DNA of 64,000 nucleotides from Bacteroidota bacterium (GTDB lineage Bacteria; Bacteroidota; Bacteroidia; UKL13-3): NCBI GenBank assembly GCA_947453415.1, contig CANGGG010000006.1, positions 2,129 to 66,128 of the forward strand, read 5' to 3'. Shown piece by piece: positions 57,425 to 64,000 of this stretch (position 1 is its first letter; each line of letters starts with the position of its first letter). The notes under the pieces were generated by a model. It saw only the letters and a program-made list of their open reading frames with translations, ran no database searches and was not told where the DNA came from. The position numbers and the translations under genes were made by a program.

Positions 57425-57519
57425 GGGTAAGCTCTGTACGACCAGCTCCTTTTAATCCCCCAGGACAGGAATGTAGCAAGGGCGTAAAGTTGTAGCGGTG
57501 CGATGCAGTAAGCTTGCCC
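57425..57519 (+). ncRNA. ffs: Signal recognition particle small RNA (4.5S)
   Basis: Helix-8 signature CAGG-ACA-GGAA-TGT-AGCA; ends pair (GGGTAAGC/GCTTGCCC); GC-rich ~95 nt with its own promoter and terminator. Confidence 0.9.
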
Positions 57520-57525
57520 TTTTAT

Positions 57526-57549
57526 ATGCCCTTTTTGGGCATTTTTTTT
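57526..57549 (+). terminator. Terminator of ffs
   Basis: ATGCCC-TTTTT-GGGCAT followed by a T tract. Confidence 0.8.
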
Positions 57550-57625
57550 GAGACTTGATATATGAAATCACCAATCATCATTTCAATTACAAGCTCACAA
57601 TTAATAGGGAAACTATTCAACTAAA

Positions 57626-58066
57626 CTATGAAGTATGGTCGGAAATGATAAGCCATTTATTATTTATTTTTTTAAACAATAAGGTAAAATGACCACCAAT
57701 ATTACCTTTCTCTGCACTTCTAATTAAATTCCATTTCCCTAATACAAAAGCTTGTTTTTTATTAAAACAAATTATCTGTAAAATTTCAAAATTTAGCGTT
57801 CCCATGGAAGCAGCATCAGGATACGATTTTTTATAATTATCCAATGTGTTTTTCCAACCGTAAGTGATTCCTTTTTTACCAATGAATTGAAGACTGTCAT
57901 TTGCCCAGTAATACGACATAAATTCATCAATATTTGCATTATTCCAAGCCGATTGTTGATTTTTTAAAACTGCTAAAACCGCTAGTTTTTGTTTGAAATT
58001 GTCTTGTGCCATTAAGTGAAGTTGAAATGTTACAAGTAAAAAAAAAGCAGCTATTAGTTTTTTCAT
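57626..58066 (-). CDS. NTF2-like/DUF4440 (YybH-type) exported protein
   Basis: Q..AWN...I..FM..YW, MG.L.F, G.FTL..KKI...W.I..DHTS. Confidence 0.85.
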   Translation of the reverse strand: MKKLIAAFFLLVTFQLHLMAQDNFKQKLAVLAVLKNQQSAWNNANIDEFMSYYWANDSLQFIGKKGITYGWKNTLDNYKKSYPDAASMGTLNFEILQIICFNKKQAFVLGKWNLIRSAEKGNIGGHFTLLFKKINNKWLIISDHTS

Positions 58067-58087
58067 GGGTGGTATATAAATTATTAT

Positions 58088-59422
58088 TTAAGCCAATAAA
58101 TGCCAAAGTGAATCCATAAATTCAGGATCAGTTATTTTTGATTCATTGCCATCGGCAATAATTTTCTCCAATAAAACATCATTCTTTTTGCCTTGACTTA
58201 AAGCATAGCTATAAGGTGAAAGGCTAAAAGTAGTTAATTCATATTGCGATTTAAATTGATCGGGATATAAGTCACTTAAATCATGTTCAATATGTTTTTT
58301 ATGTAGAAAATGTTTATCGCCCACTTTTTCTGCCATTTCATAATAATTTTGAACTGCTAAATCAGCAATTGCATCGGCATTAGGCTTGCGAAGATTTTGG
58401 TATTCATCAAATATTTTTGTCCAATTTGGGAAGTGTTTTTCAACACATTCATCAAACACAACCACGTCTTCAAAACTGCAATTCATACCTTGACCATAAA
58501 ACGGAACAATGGCGTGGGCAGCATCGCCCATTAAAGCTAATTTATCTTCTTTTACCCAAGGAAAACATTTTACAGTAACCAAACTTGCTGTAGGATTATG
58601 AAAGAAATCCTCCACTAAAGTTGGCATAAGCGAAACCGCATCGGGGAAATGTGTATTAAAAAAATCATTTACCTGGTCAATAGTTTTCAAATTATCGAAG
58701 CCAAATTCACCAGTAAAAGGCATGAATAAAGTACAAGTAAAATCGCCTGCAGGATTTGGCAAAGCTATCATCATAAATGAGCCACGTGGCCAAATGTGAA
58801 GTGCTTCTTTTTCCATTAAGAATTGATTGTTTTCACCTGCTGGAATTATTAATTCTTTGTAACCAACATGCAAATAATTTTGAGAATAATTAAACCTGTC
58901 GCCCATTTGCATTTTTCCACGAGTAGCAGCAAAAGCACCATCCGTTCCAATAATTCTATCGCTCCAAACTTCTTTGTGCGTGCCGTCTTCCATTTCAAAA
59001 ACGCACAAATTTTTATTTAAATCTACGTCAATACATTTGGCATTAAAATAAATGGTAATATTTGGATATTCATCGGCTAATTCAACCAATTGTATATTTA
59101 ATCTTCCACGAGAAACTGAATTAATGGCTTGTCCTTCTTTTCCATAAGGTTGGTATGTTAATTCACCTTTTGTGCTGTGCATCATTCGCCCAGCCATAGG
59201 AATCGCATCTTTTAAAATTGCGGTATCTAAACCTATTTTTTCTAAAGCGTTTAAACCACGCGTTGATAAAGCTAAATTGATTGATTTTCCTGCATAAATT
59301 TTGTTTTTACGCATATCAGGTCTACGCTCAAAAAGGCTTACTTCAAAGCCACGTTTTGCCATATAAATAGCCAATAAAGATCCTGAAAGTCCGCCACCAA
59401 CAATTGTAATTTTATCTTGCAT
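58088..59422 (-). CDS. kmo: Kynurenine 3-monooxygenase
   Basis: GGGLSG, SINLALSTRG, LHIWPR, MIALPN, GDAAHAIVPFYGQGMN; ATG at 59422 (MQDKITIVG). Confidence 0.92.
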   Translation of the reverse strand: MQDKITIVGGGLSGSLLAIYMAKRGFEVSLFERRPDMRKNKIYAGKSINLALSTRGLNALEKIGLDTAILKDAIPMAGRMMHSTKGELTYQPYGKEGQAINSVSRGRLNIQLVELADEYPNITIYFNAKCIDVDLNKNLCVFEMEDGTHKEVWSDRIIGTDGAFAATRGKMQMGDRFNYSQNYLHVGYKELIIPAGENNQFLMEKEALHIWPRGSFMMIALPNPAGDFTCTLFMPFTGEFGFDNLKTIDQVNDFFNTHFPDAVSLMPTLVEDFFHNPTASLVTVKCFPWVKEDKLALMGDAAHAIVPFYGQGMNCSFEDVVVFDECVEKHFPNWTKIFDEYQNLRKPNADAIADLAVQNYYEMAEKVGDKHFLHKKHIEHDLSDLYPDQFKSQYELTTFSLSPYSYALSQGKKNDVLLEKIIADGNESKITDPEFMDSLWHLLA

Positions 59423-59663
59423 TTTGTAAAAATATTTTTTGTAAAAATACCAAAAAACAAATGGAATTGAATTGATAATAATCAAATATAAATCTGAAAT
59501 TACTAAATACACTGCAAAACAAAGATTCATTGAAATAAACTTTCAGAATATAAATCCATTTATCAAAACAAAGTACGTATTTTCGCAGTTGTTAAAATAA
59601 ATCACAAAAACTGATTTCTAATAAATTGCTAGCAGCACGAAGCTAGCTGCCAGCAGAAAAATA

Positions 59664-62525
59664 ATGACAAACACCCATACCGAAAAAACAAATTTAGATG
59701 ACGAATTCATAGAAATTCTAGGAGCTCGTGAACATAATTTAAAAAATATAGATGTAAAAATACCACGTAATAAACTAGTAACCATAACTGGTTTAAGCGG
59801 AAGCGGAAAATCGTCATTGGCATTTGATACCATTTTTGCCGAAGGGCAACGCAGGTATATGGAAAGTTTTTCGGCTTATGCTCGCCAATTTATTGGCAAT
59901 ATGGAGCGCCCCGATGTAGATAAAATAAATGGCCTTTCACCTGTTATTGCTATTGAGCAAAAAACAGTCAATAAAAACCCACGTTCTACCGTTGGAACCA
60001 TCACTGAAATATATGATTTTCTTCGCTTACTTTATGCCAGAGCAGCTGATGCTTACAGTTATGAAAGTGGTGAGAAAATGATAAAAATGACCGAAGACCA
60101 AATTATTACGGGCATTATTACACAGTTTGAAAATAAAAAAATTAGCATTTTAGCACCTTTAGTAAAAGGAAGAAAAGGACATTACCGGGAGCTTTTTGAA
60201 CAAATACGTAAACAAGGTTTTACCAAAGTTAGACTGGATGGCGTGGTAAAAGAAATAGAAGCAAAAATGCAAGCCGACCGCTATAAAATTCATGACATTG
60301 AAGTATTAATAGATAGAATAGAACCTAAAAAAGATGCAAGAATACGTATTGCTGAAAGCGTAAAAAGCGCTTTAAAAATGGGTAAAGGAACCATGGTTTT
60401 GTTAGATACTGAAAACAACCAATCGTATCATTACAGCAAGTTTTTAATGGATCCCAAAAGTGGCATTAGTTACGATGAACCACAACCCAATTCCTTTTCA
60501 TTTAACTCCCCTTACGGAGCTTGTCCTGGCTGCGATGGCTTAGGAATTAAAAGCATTATAGACGAAAATGCCATTATTCCTGATAGGAAATTAAGCATTA
60601 ACAAAGGTGCATTGACTCCATTAGGTGAAATACGCGAAAATTGGACTTTTCTTCAATTGCGTGAAATTGGTAAAAAATACAAATTCAGCTTTGCTGATCC
60701 AATTGAAAAAATGTCGAAAGAAGCAGTAGATGCCATTTTGCATGGAAGCGATGAAGCCCTAGTAATTCCTTACCAATATGCCAGTGGTTATACTCAAAAT
60801 TATAACTCACATTGGGATGGATTGGTACCAATTATAACCAAAAGTTATATGGAAAAAACCAATGATTCAATTTCAAAATGGGCAGAGGAATTTATGCAAA
60901 TATTACCTTGTCCGGAGTGCGAGGGTGCAAGGTTAAAAAAGGAATCATTGCATTATAAAATTGGTGATAAAAACATTGCCGACTTGGCACAAATGGAAAT
61001 TACCGCTTTAGGAAAATGGTTCAATGAAGAAATAGATACTTTACTCGATAGCAAACAAACCATTATAGCTGCCGAAATTTTAAAAGAGATAAGAAATAGA
61101 ATTCAGTTTTTAATAGGCGTTGGAATAGATTATTTAACATTGAATTCTCCATCTAAAACCTTAAGTGGTGGAGAAGCGCAACGCATCCGTTTGGCCACAC
61201 AAATTGGTTCTCAATTGGTGGGCGTTTTATATATTTTAGATGAGCCAAGTATTGGCTTACACCAACGCGATAATAACCGCTTGATTGATTCATTAAAGTC
61301 GCTAAGAGATGTGGGAAATAGTGTAATTGTAGTAGAACACGACAAGGACATGATGCAGGAAAGCGATTATATTTTGGACATTGGTTTTGGTGCGGGAATT
61401 CATGGCGGACATATAGCTGCGCAAGGAACTTGGGATGAAATTTTAAAATCGGATTCCATTACTGCGCAATATTTAAGTGGTAAAAAACAAATTGAAATTC
61501 CAAAAGAACGCAGAAAAGGAAACGGAAAAAAGTTAGTAATTAAAGGTGCCACGGGCAATAATTTAAAGAATGTAACAGTAGAATTTCCTTTAGGGAAATT
61601 AATATGTGTGACTGGCGTAAGTGGAAGTGGGAAATCGAGTTTAATTAACGAAACTTTTTACCCCATATTGCGCCAGCATTTTTATAATTCACATCAAAAA
61701 CCTTTGGCTTATAAAGAGTTTAAAGGCATTGAACATATTGATAAAGTAATAGAAATAGATCAATCTCCGATTGGACGTACGCCTAGAAGTAATCCTGCAA
61801 CTTATGTAGAAGTATTTTCAAATATCAGGGATTTATTTGCAGCATTACCAGAATCAAAAATTAGAGGATATAAACCAGGAAGATTCTCCTTTAACGTAAA
61901 AGGTGGCAGGTGCGAAACTTGCCAAGGCGCGGGAATGCGAACCATTGAAATGAATTTTTTGCCCGATGTATATGTTAAGTGTGAAACTTGTAATGGTAAA
62001 CGTTATAACCGCGAAACTTTAGAAGTAAGATTTAAAGCAAAATCAATCAACGATATATTAGACATGTCGATAGAAGATGCCGTAAAATTCTTTGAACATA
62101 CGCCACAAATACTCAGAAAAATAGAAGCCATGAACGATGTTGGTTTGGGTTATATTACCCTTGGACAACAAAGTACCACTTTAAGTGGTGGTGAAGCACA
62201 ACGCGTAAAATTAGCTACTGAATTAAGTAAACGTGATACCGGAAATACGTTTTATATATTAGACGAACCAAGCACTGGTTTACATTTTGAAGATGTAAAA
62301 GTATTATTGGAAGTTATTCAAAAATTAGTAGAAAAAGGAAATTCAGTGTTGGTAATTGAACATAACTTAGACATCATCAAAGTAGCTGATCATATCATAG
62401 ATATTGGACCTGAAGGCGGAAAATATGGTGGCGAAGTATTGTGTGAAGGCACACCAGAACAAATTTGTAAAGAACCAAGAAGCCATACCGCCAAGTTTTT
62501 GAAATTGGAATTAGGAATAAAATAA
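59664..62525 (+). CDS. uvrA: Excinuclease ABC subunit A
   Basis: GAREHNLKN, two Walker A motifs (GLSGSGKS, GVSGSGKS), zinc fingers, LSGGEAQR twice. Confidence 0.98.
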   Translation: MTNTHTEKTNLDDEFIEILGAREHNLKNIDVKIPRNKLVTITGLSGSGKSSLAFDTIFAEGQRRYMESFSAYARQFIGNMERPDVDKINGLSPVIAIEQKTVNKNPRSTVGTITEIYDFLRLLYARAADAYSYESGEKMIKMTEDQIITGIITQFENKKISILAPLVKGRKGHYRELFEQIRKQGFTKVRLDGVVKEIEAKMQADRYKIHDIEVLIDRIEPKKDARIRIAESVKSALKMGKGTMVLLDTENNQSYHYSKFLMDPKSGISYDEPQPNSFSFNSPYGACPGCDGLGIKSIIDENAIIPDRKLSINKGALTPLGEIRENWTFLQLREIGKKYKFSFADPIEKMSKEAVDAILHGSDEALVIPYQYASGYTQNYNSHWDGLVPIITKSYMEKTNDSISKWAEEFMQILPCPECEGARLKKESLHYKIGDKNIADLAQMEITALGKWFNEEIDTLLDSKQTIIAAEILKEIRNRIQFLIGVGIDYLTLNSPSKTLSGGEAQRIRLATQIGSQLVGVLYILDEPSIGLHQRDNNRLIDSLKSLRDVGNSVIVVEHDKDMMQESDYILDIGFGAGIHGGHIAAQGTWDEILKSDSITAQYLSGKKQIEIPKERRKGNGKKLVIKGATGNNLKNVTVEFPLGKLICVTGVSGSGKSSLINETFYPILRQHFYNSHQKPLAYKEFKGIEHIDKVIEIDQSPIGRTPRSNPATYVEVFSNIRDLFAALPESKIRGYKPGRFSFNVKGGRCETCQGAGMRTIEMNFLPDVYVKCETCNGKRYNRETLEVRFKAKSINDILDMSIEDAVKFFEHTPQILRKIEAMNDVGLGYITLGQQSTTLSGGEAQRVKLATELSKRDTGNTFYILDEPSTGLHFEDVKVLLEVIQKLVEKGNSVLVIEHNLDIIKVADHIIDIGPEGGKYGGEVLCEGTPEQICKEPRSHTAKFLKLELGIK

Positions 62526-62551
62526 TAATATTGCATTAAAAAATGAATGTC

Positions 62552-63136
62552 ATGAAAAAATTAACCCAAATATTTATTGTATCCATATTATTTTTTATTA
62601 GCTGTGCTTTACCTAAAGTTTATTATTTTGAGGCCAAACCTTATTTAGTAGCATACAAAGAAAAAGTAGATAAAAATATAACCATAACTTTTGGAGAAGA
62701 AATAAAAGATAGTTTTATCATCAATTCGGCAGGAATCAGGAAAATGGAAGTTTTTCAATTCAAAAAATCTTTAGAGTCGTCATTAAAAACTACTTTCAAT
62801 GATTCGTACAATGCTATGAGTTTTTCAGACACCAAAAGTAATGATGGAATTTGTTTGTTAATTTTAAAAATAGAACCTGGTTGGCATAAAAAATCGGCAA
62901 TAACAACGGTAAGTAGTGCCAACGGACATGCCCAATCAACAACTCGTTATGAGCTTGATTCTAAAATCTATTATCAAATTGTAGTTTTTTCAAATGGCAC
63001 AAAAGTAAAGGTGATTGAAAAAGAAGTATACAGTGACAAATCAACATTTTTACCTAAGGAAACTCCAAATTTATTAAAGGATGGAATTAAAGTAATGTGT
63101 CAAGAATTGTATAAAGAGGTTATTTCTATTAAATAA
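62552..63136 (+). CDS. Hypothetical lipoprotein
   Basis: MKKLTQIFIVSILFFISC lipobox. Confidence 0.65.
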   Translation: MKKLTQIFIVSILFFISCALPKVYYFEAKPYLVAYKEKVDKNITITFGEEIKDSFIINSAGIRKMEVFQFKKSLESSLKTTFNDSYNAMSFSDTKSNDGICLLILKIEPGWHKKSAITTVSSANGHAQSTTRYELDSKIYYQIVVFSNGTKVKVIEKEVYSDKSTFLPKETPNLLKDGIKVMCQELYKEVISIK

Positions 63137-63156
63137 TATATTCAATTTAACAAAAT

Positions 63157-63193
63157 AAAAAAGCCGAACAATTTAAAACTGTTCGGCTTTTTT
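63157..63193. terminator. Bidirectional terminator
   Basis: AAAAAAGCCGAACA-N9-TGTTCGGCTTTTTT between convergent genes. Confidence 0.85.
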
Positions 63194-63215
63194 GCGACTA
63201 TTTTCAAAATTCATT

Positions 63216-63983
63216 TTATTTACCAAAAATAATATTTACTTTATTGGTTAAGTTATTTGATTGATTGTTGATTTCTTTAATAAATTGAGTTGATATTTTA
63301 GATGGTTTTATTCCTTTGCTTACCAAGTATAAATAAATATCATTGACTCTTTTTTTTACAGCGTAATCATTATTTATTTCATTTTTGTAGTAATAACCGA
63401 TCAATAATATATTATTATCTAACATTAAAGGAATTGTAGAATTAAGCGTTAAAAAGCTTTGATAATTTAGTTTAATAGCATTTTTATCAAACATTACAAA
63501 CACACTGTCTATACTTTTAAATTTATAAAATTGTGCTGCATTTAATGTTATAACGTTTATATTATTTTTCTGTATTTCTGAAAGCAAATCAACTTTGTTA
63601 TCATTTATAGAATGTCCATTTTTTTTATTCAATGTAGCGTTTAAACCTAAATAATCTTCTAGTAATTTAAGATTTATTATCATTGAGTCCATTTGATTGT
63701 TTTGATGGGAAACTATTGATAAAATTGAATCTAACCCATTTTGCATCTGAATTAGTTTTTCTTCTTGACTAACTAATTTATTTTCATTTGGCTTTTGAAT
63801 ATCATTGATCAAAAGTTTTTCATTCATGAAATTATTGATTTTTTCACGAATTTGAATTGCTTCCTTTTGAATGTCTTTATTTGTTATATAATTTGAATCA
63901 ACTTGACCAATTACATTGCTTACAATTGAAAAGAAAAATAAACATAAAAATGTTTTTAATTTCCTAGTCATTGTATTTTGCAA
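63216..63983 (-). CDS. Hypothetical exported protein: coiled coil plus degenerate OmpA-like C-terminal domain
   Basis: Signal peptide; V.FD.N..L...L....LLIGY...N...KKRV..I..YL.SKGI...I...N.KV.I. Confidence 0.55.
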   Translation of the reverse strand: MQNTMTRKLKTFLCLFFFSIVSNVIGQVDSNYITNKDIQKEAIQIREKINNFMNEKLLINDIQKPNENKLVSQEEKLIQMQNGLDSILSIVSHQNNQMDSMIINLKLLEDYLGLNATLNKKNGHSINDNKVDLLSEIQKNNINVITLNAAQFYKFKSIDSVFVMFDKNAIKLNYQSFLTLNSTIPLMLDNNILLIGYYYKNEINNDYAVKKRVNDIYLYLVSKGIKPSKISTQFIKEINNQSNNLTNKVNIIFGK

Positions 63984-64000
63984 TTAATGAATTAATATTA

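Noticed and set aside
57425-57519. tRNA or riboswitch
   Set aside because: No cloverleaf or T-loop; the helix-8 motif identifies it as SRP RNA.
59423-59530. N-terminal extension of kmo
   Set aside because: AT-rich divergent promoter region; the Rossmann motif starts right after Met at 59422.
59628-59654. Riboswitch or SOS box in the uvrA leader
   Set aside because: Only a short imperfect hairpin (GCTAGCAGC/GCTGCCAGC) with no match to a motif I can support.

Overview
AT-rich Bacteroidota chromosome segment, identified by T9SS/gliding genes, TAnnTTTG-type promoters and the rplM-rpsI-rpsB-tsf-pyrH order. The core backbone holds gldJ, two porP/sprF paralogues, porU, a two-component pair, bshA, purK, gcvH, feoAB, meaB, ribosomal genes, prmC, arfB, an acyl-CoA carboxyltransferase, SRP RNA, kmo and uvrA. 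Two accessory blocks stand out. (1) ~44.6-51.2 kb is a very AT-rich, tightly coupled operon behind a divergent XRE regulator. It encodes a Sec-exported Cys-free protein with a Thr-rich segment, an SdpA-like protein, an HTTM/SdpB-like membrane protein, a double beta-lactamase-fold hydrolase with one dead domain, a DCC oxidoreductase, a fulvocin-C-like Cys-rich peptide fused to a duplicated signal region, and a TlpA-like thioredoxin. This is the best candidate for an undescribed periplasmic peptide-modification/antagonism system. (2) ~29.9-36.1 kb is an operon with a tail-fibre-chaperone-domain protein, two lipoproteins sharing a 90-bp N-terminal block, a large T9SS cargo protein and a beta-barrel, next to REP-like elements. 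No CRISPR array, tRNA, rRNA, transposase or integrase was seen. All family assignments come from motif recognition by eye, not from database searches.
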